From the NCBI GenBank assembly GCA_046541015.1, contig JBKHEA010000004.1:1-64000 (forward strand): DNA of 64,000 bases, given 5' to 3'. This document shows positions 49,853 through 59,473 of the stretch, one piece after another. The notes beneath the pieces were generated by a model, which ran no database searches, was not told the DNA's origin, and saw nothing but the letters and a program-made list of their open reading frames with translations. The stretch is from Candidatus Izemoplasmataceae bacterium. GTDB lineage: Bacteria > Bacillota_I > Bacilli_A > Izemoplasmatales > Izemoplasmataceae. The position numbers and the translations under genes were made by a program. The stretch's first letter is position 1. Each line of letters opens with the position of its first letter.

Positions 49853-49900
49853 AGAAAAATTTTATCCACTTGTGTATAAATAAGATGAGGAGGAATAATT

Positions 49901-50893
49901 ATGGCAAAAGATGATCGTCAAAAAGCGTTAGATTTAGCGATGAAAGAAATAGAAAAAGCCCATGGTAAGGGGGCTATTATGGTTTTAGGTGATGATGCTG
50001 GGTACAAGAATTTAGAAAAAATCTCCAGTGGGTCACTTGCCTTAGACCAAGCACTTGGTATTGGGGGTTATCCAAAAGGAAGAATCATTGAAATATTTGG
50101 ACCAGAATCTTCAGGTAAAACGACCTTTGCATTACACGCGATCGCACAAGCACAACTTAGCGGTGGTTATGCTGCATTTATTGATGCTGAGCATGCATTA
50201 GATCCTAAGTATGCTAAAAACTTAGGAGTCGATATTGATAATTTAATCATTTCACAGCCCGATACTGGTGAGCAAGCCTTAGAAATTACAGAGGCATTAA
50301 TTCGTAGTGGGGCTATTGATATTGTGGTTATTGATAGTGTAGCTGCCTTAGTCCCAGAAGCTGAAATACGTGGTGATATGGGGAGTAGTCATGTTGGATT
50401 ACAAGCAAGACTCATGTCGCAAGCGATGCGTAAGTTATCTGGTGCTATTTCAAAATCAAACACCATCGCAATTTTCATTAATCAAATCCGCGAAAAAGTT
50501 GGCGTTATGTTTGGGAATCCTGAAACCACACCAGGAGGTAGAGCATTAAAGTTTTATAGCAGTATTCGTGTGGATGTACGACGTGGCGAACAGTTAAAAA
50601 TCGGTAATGATATTGTTGGAAACCGTACCCGTTTAAAGGTGGTTAAAAATAAAGTTGCCCCACCTTTTAAAAGTGCAGAAGTTGACATTGTTTATGGAAC
50701 AGGTATTTCAAAATCTGGTGAAATTATTGATATCGCCGTCGAACATGACATCATTAAAAAGAGCGGTTCTTGGTTTTCCTATAATGAAGAAAAAATTGGG
50801 CAAGGTAGAGAAAACGTTAAGAAATACCTTGAAGAAAATCTTGAAATGTTTACAGAAATCGAAGCTAAAATTAGAGAAATTTTAAGTATATAG
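49901..50893 (+). CDS. recA: Recombinase RecA
   Basis: GPESSGKTT Walker A; canonical RecA throughout. Confidence 0.97.
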   Translation: MAKDDRQKALDLAMKEIEKAHGKGAIMVLGDDAGYKNLEKISSGSLALDQALGIGGYPKGRIIEIFGPESSGKTTFALHAIAQAQLSGGYAAFIDAEHALDPKYAKNLGVDIDNLIISQPDTGEQALEITEALIRSGAIDIVVIDSVAALVPEAEIRGDMGSSHVGLQARLMSQAMRKLSGAISKSNTIAIFINQIREKVGVMFGNPETTPGGRALKFYSSIRVDVRRGEQLKIGNDIVGNRTRLKVVKNKVAPPFKSAEVDIVYGTGISKSGEIIDIAVEHDIIKKSGSWFSYNEEKIGQGRENVKKYLEENLEMFTEIEAKIREILSI

Positions 50894-50920
50894 AAGTGCT
50901 TAGCGCACTTCTTTTTTTTG
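50893..50920 (+). terminator. Terminator after recA
   Basis: gaagtgc-ttagc-gcacttc + T8. Confidence 0.6.
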
Positions 50921-50987
50921 GAAATTAACCTTCAGTTTAAAACCAATTATAAACAAGCAAATAATATAGTCTGTAAAGTGATATTCA

Positions 50988-51017
50988 TTGACTTATAAGG
51001 GACTTTTCATGTATAAT
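50988..51017 (+). promoter_or_regulatory. Sigma-A-type promoter for rny (TTGACT, 18-bp spacer, TATAAT with TG extension) giving a ~95-nt leader
   Basis: Hexamers read directly. Confidence 0.4.
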
Positions 51018-51111
51018 GAAAAAGTAAAACTAATTTTCTACTCAAACTAATTTTGATAAAATGTACCATTAAGTGTTCATAATAAAAATCGAATGAAACG
51101 GAGGAATTAAT

Positions 51112-52677
51112 ATGCCAGAAACTATCATATTAATCATCTCCGGTTTGCTATTATTAGTTGTGGGCGTAGTTATTGGGGTAATCGCCCGTGCTATCGTTGT
51201 TGAACGTGGCTTTGAAAAAGCACAAAGTCAAGCCAAACATATTGTTGAAGAAGCTCAAAAAGTTGCCGATAAAACAAAAAAACAGACTCTACTTGAAACT
51301 AAACAAGAAATTCATAATGCAAGGTTAGAATACGATAAAGAAGTTAAAGAGAAAAAGCGTGAGCTTTCTAATTTGGAAAATAAAATATTCCAACGCGAAC
51401 AAACACTTGATAATCGTTCGCTTAATTTAGATAAACGTGAACAAAACTTAGATCGTAAAGAAGAGTCTATCGAAGATCGCAAAAGAGCTATTGAAGAACA
51501 AAACAGCAAGCTAGAGAGTTTAATAGAAGAACAAAACGTAAGACTACAAGAAATTGCACAAATCAGTGTTGAGGAAGCTAGAGACTTAATTTTCAAACGA
51601 GTAGAAAGTGAAATGAGTCTTGAAATTGCTCAAATGATTAAAGAAAAAGAAGAGGAAGCAAAATTAGAAGTTGATAAAAAAGCTAAACATTTATTAGCTT
51701 ATGCTATGCAAAAATATGCTCAAGATGTTACTAGTGAGCGTACTGTAAGTGTTGTTAATTTACCAAATGACGATATGAAAGGTCGTATTATTGGTAGAGA
51801 AGGACGTAATATTAGAACCATTGAAGCGTTAACAGGGGTTGATTTAATTATTGATGATACGCCAGAAGCAGTGGTTTTAAGCGGATTTGATCCTATTAGA
51901 AGAGAAATCGCTAAACGCGCAATTGAAACATTAGTAAGTGATGGACGCATCCATCCAGGCCGTATTGAAGAAGTAGTTGAGAAATCACGTGAAGAAATTG
52001 ATCGTTTTATCCGTGACAAAGGTGAAGAAGCTGTATTTGAAGTTGGTATCGGTAAAGTCCATCCTGACTTAGTTAAACTTCTTGGCCGTCTTCACTTTAG
52101 AACAAGTTATGGTCAAAACGTCTTAAGACATTCTGTTGAATGTGCATTCCTAGCTGGAAAAATGGCGGCCGAACTTGGTGAAGATGAAATTTTAGCAAGA
52201 CGTGCAGCGTTACTACATGATATTGGAAAAGCAGTAGACCATGAAATTGAAGGAAGCCATGTTGAAATTGGTGCTAATATTGCTAACCGCTACAAAGAAC
52301 CACTTGCGGTTATTGATGCCATTTTATCTCATCATGGAGAAGTTGAAGCTAAAACTATTATTGCTGTCTTAGTTGCAGCAGCAGATGCTTTAAGTGCTGC
52401 AAGACCAGGCGCACGTAGTGAATCACTTGATTCATACATTAAACGTTTAGAACAATTAGAAACGCTATCAACAGGCTTTGAAGGTGTTGAGCAAGCTTAT
52501 GCTATTCAAGCAGGTCGTGAAGTTCGTGTTTTAGTTAAACCTGATCAAATCGATGATGCTTTAGCGCATAAATTAGCAAGAGATATCAAAAATCAAATTG
52601 AAGATCAAATGTCTTATCCAGGAACGATTAAGGTTACCGTGATTAGAGAGACACGCGCTCAAGATATCGCTAAATAA
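51112..52677 (+). CDS. rny: Ribonuclease Y
   Basis: N-terminal TM, coiled coil, KH domain ([12 protein letters not shown]), and HD domain (HDIGK). Confidence 0.95.
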   Translation: MPETIILIISGLLLLVVGVVIGVIARAIVVERGFEKAQSQAKHIVEEAQKVADKTKKQTLLETKQEIHNARLEYDKEVKEKKRELSNLENKIFQREQTLDNRSLNLDKREQNLDRKEESIEDRKRAIEEQNSKLESLIEEQNVRLQEIAQISVEEARDLIFKRVESEMSLEIAQMIKEKEEEAKLEVDKKAKHLLAYAMQKYAQDVTSERTVSVVNLPNDDMKGRIIGREGRNIRTIEALTGVDLIIDDTPEAVVLSGFDPIRREIAKRAIETLVSDGRIHPGRIEEVVEKSREEIDRFIRDKGEEAVFEVGIGKVHPDLVKLLGRLHFRTSYGQNVLRHSVECAFLAGKMAAELGEDEILARRAALLHDIGKAVDHEIEGSHVEIGANIANRYKEPLAVIDAILSHHGEVEAKTIIAVLVAAADALSAARPGARSESLDSYIKRLEQLETLSTGFEGVEQAYAIQAGREVRVLVKPDQIDDALAHKLARDIKNQIEDQMSYPGTIKVTVIRETRAQDIAK

Positions 52678-52722
52678 TACTATAGCCTTCCTTTGGGAAG
52701 GCTTTCCTATTAAGGAGTTTAT

Positions 52723-53241
52723 ATGGAAGAATTTACTATATATGATGCCTATTTTAACCCAACAAGCAAACATGCGAAGCGCTATGAAAAACTTGCTAAA
52801 AATGAATTTATTCCTATTATCCATGTTTGGATTAAAGTAAAACAAAAAGGCTATTTAATTCAAAAACGCGCAAAAAAAGATGATTTAATACCATATCAAT
52901 GGGCAACATTATCAGGGCTTGTCTTAAAAGATGAAATACCTATTGATGCTGCATCAAGAGAAACATTTGAAGAACTAGGTATTAATAAAAGTACTGAACA
53001 TTTTACGTTGCTTAAAAAAATCAAAACAGAGAAAGGTCGTTATCAAACTGTCTGTTTTGTATACGAATTAAACTTAGATTCTCTTCCCCCTTTAACCCTT
53101 AATAAAGATGAAGTTAGTGAAACAAAAACGGTCACACTTGAAACAATAAAAACATTAATTCAAAGAAAAGAATTTTGGGATTATAAGAAATTATTAGATG
53201 ATCAAGATTATTTTGAATTACTAGAAAAGAGTCAATCATGA
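52723..53241 (+). CDS. NUDIX hydrolase
   Basis: Nudix box GLVLKDEIPIDAASRETFEELGI. Confidence 0.7.
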   Translation: MEEFTIYDAYFNPTSKHAKRYEKLAKNEFIPIIHVWIKVKQKGYLIQKRAKKDDLIPYQWATLSGLVLKDEIPIDAASRETFEELGINKSTEHFTLLKKIKTEKGRYQTVCFVYELNLDSLPPLTLNKDEVSETKTVTLETIKTLIQRKEFWDYKKLLDDQDYFELLEKSQS

Positions 53242-54038
53242 AACTATTATTTATAGGTGATGTATATGGTAAACAAGGGCTAAAAGCACTCGATACTTTT
53301 TTGCCTGAAATTAAACGAGAATACAACTACCATGTACTAATTATTAATGGAGAAAATGTATCCGATGGTCTTGGCATTAAACTCAGTGATTACAAGTTTT
53401 TCATGGAAAAAGGTGCACATGCTATTACTTTAGGTAATCATGCCTTTTCAAAACAAGAACTATTAGAATTTATTGAAGATGCCAATATCGTTAGAGCAAT
53501 TAATTACCCTAAAAATACACCAGGAAAAGGCATCTATACCTTTAAGTTTAATCAACATGTTATTAGTATCATACAAGTCATGGGTCGTATTTTTATGCAC
53601 GACCCACTTAATAATCCTTTCGAAGCTTTAGATGAAGTTTTAAAGGATTTAACGAGTGATTTAATCATCGTAGATGTCCACGCAGAAGCAACGAGTGAAA
53701 AACTAGCGATTGCACATTACCTTGATGGTCGCGTTACCGCAGTTATTGGGACACATACTCATGTAGCAACTAATGATGCTATGCGTTTACCTAAAAAAAC
53801 CCTTTATATTACAGATGTTGGAATGACCGGGGCTAAGTATGGTATTTTAGGGGCAGATAAAGATATCGTATTAAAAAAATTCTTAACCGGTATGCCTTTG
53901 CGCATGAAGCCTGAAGAAAGTAGTATTTTACAACTCAATGCGGTTTTAATTGATACAGACAAACAAACGATTATACCGATAAACAAATCTCATGAACTAG
54001 GTGATGACAATGACAAAAGATTACGAAAAATATTTTAA
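53238..54038 (+). CDS. ymdB: TIGR00282-type metallophosphoesterase YmdB (2',3'-cNMP phosphodiesterase)
   Basis: MKLLFIGDVYG...NGEN...GNH motifs; position after rny. Confidence 0.85.
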   Translation: MKLLFIGDVYGKQGLKALDTFLPEIKREYNYHVLIINGENVSDGLGIKLSDYKFFMEKGAHAITLGNHAFSKQELLEFIEDANIVRAINYPKNTPGKGIYTFKFNQHVISIIQVMGRIFMHDPLNNPFEALDEVLKDLTSDLIIVDVHAEATSEKLAIAHYLDGRVTAVIGTHTHVATNDAMRLPKKTLYITDVGMTGAKYGILGADKDIVLKKFLTGMPLRMKPEESSILQLNAVLIDTDKQTIIPINKSHELGDDNDKRLRKIF

Positions 54039-55458
54039 AAAACCTTCCTTAAAACAAGCAAGGAAAAGAGTCAGTGATAATACCCCAACCATTGATTTTA
54101 ACGAACAAGTCAATTTAAAAAATATAGGACTTAATAAAACCTACATGATTCATACTTATGGATGTCAAGGTAATGAAGCAGATTCTGAAACCATTAAAGG
54201 TATTTTAGAACAACTTTCATTTAAAGAAACTTTTGATGAAAGCCAAGCCGACTTCATTTTATTAAACACATGTGCCATCCGTGAGAATGCAGAGAATCGT
54301 GTTTTTGGTGAATTAGGGCGTCTAAAAAAATATAAGCGTACCAACCCAGACTTAATCTTAGCAGTTTCTGGATGCATGCCTCAAGAAGAAAAAGTCGTTG
54401 AACGATTACTGAAAAGTTATCCACACGTTGACTTAATATTTGGAACGCATAACATTCACAAACTCCCTTATTATATTGAAAGTGTCATGTATGCTAAAGA
54501 ACGTGTCATTGAAGTCTTTAGTGATGAGGGACAAATCGTAGAAAATTTACCCAAAAAACGCGATCACAAGTTTAAAGCTTGGGTAAATATTATGTTTGGC
54601 TGTGATGAATTTTGTACCTATTGCATCGTCCCCTATACAAGAGGTAAAGAACGTTCAAGAGATCCTTTAGATATTTTAGAAGAAGTTAAAGAACTTACCC
54701 GTTTAGGGTATCAAGAAGTGACACTGCTTGGACAAAACGTAAATGCTTATGGAAAAGACTTTACTGATAAAGATTATACCTTTAAAGATCTTTTAAGAGA
54801 CCTCTCTAAAACTTTAATCCCACGCATTCGTTTTACAACCTCACATCCAAGAGATTTTGACTTAGATACGGTAAAAATCATCGCATCAAGTGAAAATATT
54901 ATGCCACACATTCATCTACCCGTTCAATCTGGAAGTAATCATGTGCTTAAGAAAATGAACCGTAAATATACAAAAGAAAGTTATTTAGATTTAGTGCATT
55001 CAATCTATGAACATATTCCTAATGCATCACTTACTACCGATATCATTGTTGGGTTTCCTTATGAAAATGAAGAAGACTTTAATGAAACCTTAGACTTAGT
55101 TGAACAATCTCGTTTTGAAGGTGCTTTTACATTTATCTTTTCTGCACGAGAAGGTACGCCGGCAATCCATTATGAAGATAAGACTCCAATGGAAGTAAAA
55201 AAAGCACGCTTACAACGTTTAAATAAAATAATAAACGATGGTTATTACCGTGGTAATAAGCGTTTTGAAGGGGAAGTAGTCGATGTTTTAGTCGATGGAG
55301 AATCCACAAAAAATCCAGAGATTTTAGCGGGCTACACACCACATAATAAACTTGTTAATTTTAAAGGTGATTCCTCACTAATCGGTAAAATTGTAAAAGT
55401 CAAAGTCAATGAAGCTAAGACTTGGTTTTTATTAGGTGAATTATATGAAGGCGCTTGA
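54010..55458 (+). CDS. miaB: tRNA-i6A37 methylthiotransferase MiaB
   Basis: MTTase N-domain TYGCQGNEADSE, radical-SAM CDEFCTYC, and TRAM domain. ATG 54010 follows the AGGTGA ribosome-binding site; the gene overlaps ymdB by 29 nt. Confidence 0.9.
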   Translation: MTKDYEKYFKKPSLKQARKRVSDNTPTIDFNEQVNLKNIGLNKTYMIHTYGCQGNEADSETIKGILEQLSFKETFDESQADFILLNTCAIRENAENRVFGELGRLKKYKRTNPDLILAVSGCMPQEEKVVERLLKSYPHVDLIFGTHNIHKLPYYIESVMYAKERVIEVFSDEGQIVENLPKKRDHKFKAWVNIMFGCDEFCTYCIVPYTRGKERSRDPLDILEEVKELTRLGYQEVTLLGQNVNAYGKDFTDKDYTFKDLLRDLSKTLIPRIRFTTSHPRDFDLDTVKIIASSENIMPHIHLPVQSGSNHVLKKMNRKYTKESYLDLVHSIYEHIPNASLTTDIIVGFPYENEEDFNETLDLVEQSRFEGAFTFIFSAREGTPAIHYEDKTPMEVKKARLQRLNKIINDGYYRGNKRFEGEVVDVLVDGESTKNPEILAGYTPHNKLVNFKGDSSLIGKIVKVKVNEAKTWFLLGELYEGA

Positions 55459-55777
55459 TAATCTCCTTGAAGCCTTAAAAAATGATGAACGCATTATCGC
55501 ATATAAAAAATTAGAAACTTTAATCAATGAAAATGAAATGTATCAAAATGCCTATCAAGACCTTTTAAATAAACAAAAGCGTATGGTTCAAAGCGAACAT
55601 TATAATCGTAACACTTTAAATACTGACCGTTTAGCTTATGAAAAAGCTTTAAAGGAGTTAGAAAACAATCCCGTTATTCATCAATATCTTACGTTACAAG
55701 AAGAGATTAATGAGATATTACAATCAATAAGCACGTTGCTTGAAAGTGCAATTAAAAAACCTTTTAACGAAAGTTAA
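55445..55777 (+). CDS. ricA: YmcA/YlbF-family protein (RicA-like)
   Basis: Com_YlbF-like helical protein placed immediately after miaB, as Bacillus ymcA is. Confidence 0.55.
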   Translation: MKALDNLLEALKNDERIIAYKKLETLINENEMYQNAYQDLLNKQKRMVQSEHYNRNTLNTDRLAYEKALKELENNPVIHQYLTLQEEINEILQSISTLLESAIKKPFNES

Positions 55778-55872
55778 GAGGTTTTTTTAATAAGCGGGAA
55801 ACTGCTTAAACTAAAGATTTCCATTGAATAACCTTCATGTTTAATGTATAATGAAACTAGTAAATTTAAGGA

Positions 55873-56874
55873 GTGAAGGCTATGACAAAAGAACAAGTAA
55901 CTCAAGAAGAATATATTTATCTTTATTCAAAAAAAGTAAAAATTTCAAAACTCGTTGAGGAATTCGTCGTCATTCCATCTACAGAAATTGTTAAATATCT
56001 AAAAAATAAGGAATTATATTTACCAAATTATATCCATAAAGCCATTATTCGTAAAAACATTGCGCCAATCATTGCCAATGCAGATAACGATGATAAATTC
56101 TCAGATGAAATGAAACATCGTTTAAAATGGTTTGATGATTATACAATTTTCCAATTAGAACGCCTCGCAGAAAGCTATCGCATTGATATCAATGTTACCG
56201 AATATAAACGTGATTTTTGGGATATTGTTATTAGACATCGTTCTGATTTAGGGATTAACAATTTAGAATTTGTTAAGCTTCAAAACCTTACGATGAAGTA
56301 TCAAAAATCACTTCAAGAAAATTACGAAACCTTAAAAGAACAATTTAAAACGATCTTTTTTGAACCTAAGGGCTATTTTGAAGGTTGCAAAATTGAAGAA
56401 GCTAAAGAGGTGTTATTAAACTCAACAACCTTAACGGATATTAGAGATTTAGGAAAAAAATATAATGTTGAAATTCCACGTCGCATCAATAAAAAACAAT
56501 TAATTGATATTTTAGCTTTAAAACTTGAACTTAGTGATGCTGAACAAGAAGAACTTGGAAAACAATCTATCTTAGAATTAGAACGTTATGCTAAAATGAA
56601 AAAAGTTAATATCTCAATCGAACTTAAAAAAGCGGACATGATTGAGTATATTTTATTAAAACGTGAAATGCCACGTGTACCGCTTCATGAGGAAAGTCTA
56701 AAAATCTTTGAAGGTATGAATATTGAAGAATATTTATACGAATCAAAATTCGAAGAAATAACCCATAAATTTAATGTTCAAAGAAAAAAACGTCAACGCT
56801 TAATTCGTAATATCATTATTACCGTCATTATTATTGTAGCGGCGGCGATGGTTGTGGTGTTTGACTTAGTTTAA
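55873..56874 (+). CDS. Hypothetical tail-anchored protein with two HeH/SAP (Rho-N-like) motifs
   Basis: 333 aa; LTDIRDLGKKYNVEIPRRINKKQLIDILALKL and ILELERYAKMKKVNISIELKKADMIEYILLK are helix-extension-helix-like; C-terminal KKRQRLIRNIIITVIIIVAAAMVVVF is a TM anchor. Confidence 0.4.
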   Translation: MKAMTKEQVTQEEYIYLYSKKVKISKLVEEFVVIPSTEIVKYLKNKELYLPNYIHKAIIRKNIAPIIANADNDDKFSDEMKHRLKWFDDYTIFQLERLAESYRIDINVTEYKRDFWDIVIRHRSDLGINNLEFVKLQNLTMKYQKSLQENYETLKEQFKTIFFEPKGYFEGCKIEEAKEVLLNSTTLTDIRDLGKKYNVEIPRRINKKQLIDILALKLELSDAEQEELGKQSILELERYAKMKKVNISIELKKADMIEYILLKREMPRVPLHEESLKIFEGMNIEEYLYESKFEEITHKFNVQRKKRQRLIRNIIITVIIIVAAAMVVVFDLV

Positions 56875-56885
56875 AGGTGACCATT

Positions 56886-59438
56886 ATGACGCATGATAAA
56901 TCTTTATACACCCCAATGATGCAACAATACTTAAGTATAAAAGAAGACTATAACGATGCTATAGTCTTTTTTAGACTTGGTGATTTTTATGAAATGTTTT
57001 TTGAAGATGCGCACCTTGCAAGTAGAGAACTAGAAATTCAACTTACAGGCCGTGATGCAGGAGCTAAAGAACGTGTACCGATGTGTGGCGTGCCTTATCA
57101 TGCTGCAGAAAGCTATATTAATCGCTTAGTTGAAAAAGGTTATAAAGTTGCGATTTGTGAACAAATTGAAGAGGCAAGCCAAACTAAAACACTCGTTAAA
57201 AGAGATGTTGTGCGCGTTGTAACACCTGGGACAAATATTGATGATAACAACGCCTTAGATTACTACATTGCAAGCATTGAACTCAGTGAATATTTTTATA
57301 GTATAGCTTATGCTAATATAACCTCAGGAGAACTTTATGCACTAAAGATTCCAAAAGAAATAGGCGCGCTAATTAATGAAATATCGGCAATTCCTCTAAA
57401 AGAAATTATTGTTAGCCATGAGTTTGATAAAGCCTATATTAATGCTTATACTGAGTATGAAGGCATTGTCATATCAATCCATAAAGATCTAACGATTGAA
57501 GACTTGTTTAAAGATTTATATAGCGATTTGCCAACCCCCATTGAAAAACGTGCTGTCAAACGTTTACTAAGTTATATTTTAAACACACAAAAACGCTCCT
57601 TAATGCATTTAAAAAAATGTGTTCGCCTAGATCAAAGTCAAACCATGAAAATGGACGCAAACACAATTAGGAGTTTAGAACTTATAAAAACTATGCGTCA
57701 AGGGCATGAGAATGGAACTTTATTTTGGTTAATCAACAAAACTCAAACGGCAATGGGAAGTCGTGCTTTAAAAAAACAATTACTCAAACCACTGATTAAT
57801 AAAGATATATTAGAAACCCGCTATGATATGGTTGATGCTTTAAACAAAGAGTTTATTCTTGCCAATGAACTCAATGATCAATTAAAAAATGTTTATGATT
57901 TAGAGCGCATTGTCGGCCGTATTGCTTATGGGAATTTAAACGCAAAAGATTTGGTACAGCTTAGAAGAAGTCTTGAAGTTTTACCAACATTTAAATCGTT
58001 ATTGAATCAACTAAATTTAACGTATGCTAGCTATTTAAGTGAATCAATTGATCCTTTAAAATCAACGCATGAACTCTTAGAAAAAGCACTACTAGAAGAG
58101 GTACCCTTAACCATCAAAGAAGGCAACATGTTTAAAAAAGGCTATTCTGAAAAGTTAGATGAACTAAAAGATATTCATTTAAATGTAAAAAGTTTTTTAG
58201 AAAAATTTGAAGAAGAAGAACGCGCGCGTACTGGGATAAAAAAATTAAAAATAGGGTATAACAGAGTTTTTGGGTACTATATAGAAATTCCCAAAAGTCA
58301 AGTGAGCGAGTTAAAAGATGATGAATTTTATACCCGTAAACAAACTCTTGCGAATGCTGAACGCTATATTACTGAAACGTTAAAAGAAAAAGAACACATT
58401 ATTTTATCAAGTGAAGAAAAAAGTGTTCAATTAGAATACGAACTCTTCATTGAATTAAGAGAAACTGTGAAAAAAATCTTACCAGTTATTCAAAAGAATG
58501 CTGAAGTGATTAGTGAAATTGATATGTTGCTAGCCTTTTCTAAGGTGAGTGAACGTTTGAACTTTGTAAGACCTATTTTACATGATAAGCCACAAATTGA
58601 TATTAAAGACTCTTTTCATCCTGTTATAAAAACTTTAGTTAAAGATGTTTTTGTACCCAATGATATTTTTATGGATGAAAAAACCACCATCCAACTCATC
58701 ACTGGACCGAATATGAGTGGGAAATCAACCTTCATGCGACAATTAGCGCTAACAGCGATATTAGCGCAAATTGGCTCGTTTGTTCCTGCCAAAAGCGCAA
58801 CCTTACCGGTTTTTGACCAGCTCTTTACACGAATAGGCTCAAGTGATGATTTGATTAGTGGAAAGTCTACTTTTATGGTGGAAATGCTTGATGCAAACCA
58901 CGCTTTAGAACACGCAACTAAAGATTCACTAATTTTATTTGATGAAATTGGTAGAGGGACATCTACATATGATGGCTTAGCGATTGCGCAAGCAATCATA
59001 GAATATATTCATGAAAATATTGGATGTAAAACCTTGTTTTCAACTCATTATCATGAACTGACACATCTTGAAGAATCTTTAGCTCATGTTCAAAACATTC
59101 ATGTTTCAGCCGTTGATGAACAAGGCGTTATTCGCTTTTTACATAAAGTTAAACCAGGTAAAGCAGATAAATCTTATGGGATTAATGTTGCCATGCTTGC
59201 AAATTTACCACCGCGTTTAATCAAACGCAGTGAACAATTGCTTAAGCATTTAGAAACCAACCACAATGAACCTGAATTAAATCTATTTAATTATGATGAT
59301 TTAAAAATGATTGAAGAACCAAAAGAGATGGGTGACTCATTAAGTATAAAGCTAGATGCCATCGCTATAGATGAGTTAACGCCAATAGAAGCCCTTAATA
59401 TACTATATGAACTTAAAAAATCAATCAAGAAACGATAA
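56886..59438 (+). CDS. mutS: DNA mismatch repair protein MutS
   Basis: YTPMMQQY N-terminus, GPNMSGKST Walker A, and a C-terminal HTH. ATG 56886 follows the AAAGGTGA ribosome-binding site. Confidence 0.95.
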   Translation: MTHDKSLYTPMMQQYLSIKEDYNDAIVFFRLGDFYEMFFEDAHLASRELEIQLTGRDAGAKERVPMCGVPYHAAESYINRLVEKGYKVAICEQIEEASQTKTLVKRDVVRVVTPGTNIDDNNALDYYIASIELSEYFYSIAYANITSGELYALKIPKEIGALINEISAIPLKEIIVSHEFDKAYINAYTEYEGIVISIHKDLTIEDLFKDLYSDLPTPIEKRAVKRLLSYILNTQKRSLMHLKKCVRLDQSQTMKMDANTIRSLELIKTMRQGHENGTLFWLINKTQTAMGSRALKKQLLKPLINKDILETRYDMVDALNKEFILANELNDQLKNVYDLERIVGRIAYGNLNAKDLVQLRRSLEVLPTFKSLLNQLNLTYASYLSESIDPLKSTHELLEKALLEEVPLTIKEGNMFKKGYSEKLDELKDIHLNVKSFLEKFEEEERARTGIKKLKIGYNRVFGYYIEIPKSQVSELKDDEFYTRKQTLANAERYITETLKEKEHIILSSEEKSVQLEYELFIELRETVKKILPVIQKNAEVISEIDMLLAFSKVSERLNFVRPILHDKPQIDIKDSFHPVIKTLVKDVFVPNDIFMDEKTTIQLITGPNMSGKSTFMRQLALTAILAQIGSFVPAKSATLPVFDQLFTRIGSSDDLISGKSTFMVEMLDANHALEHATKDSLILFDEIGRGTSTYDGLAIAQAIIEYIHENIGCKTLFSTHYHELTHLEESLAHVQNIHVSAVDEQGVIRFLHKVKPGKADKSYGINVAMLANLPPRLIKRSEQLLKHLETNHNEPELNLFNYDDLKMIEEPKEMGDSLSIKLDAIAIDELTPIEALNILYELKKSIKKR

Positions 59439-59471
59439 AAAACCACTTAAGCTAGCGCTTAAGTGGTTTTT
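59436..59471. terminator. Bidirectional terminator between mutS and the convergent lipoprotein gene
   Basis: aaaaaaccacttaagc-tagc-gcttaagtggttttt. Confidence 0.65.
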
Positions 59472-59473
59472 AA

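Noticed and set aside
54001-54038. ymdB/miaB overlap; GTG/TTG starts the ORF track places inside ribosome-binding sites (pepP, holA, pgsA, mutS, the beta-propeller gene)
   Set aside because: These are not frameshifts. Alternative downstream ATG or GTG codons with proper ribosome-binding-site spacing explain each case, and the coordinates were adjusted accordingly.
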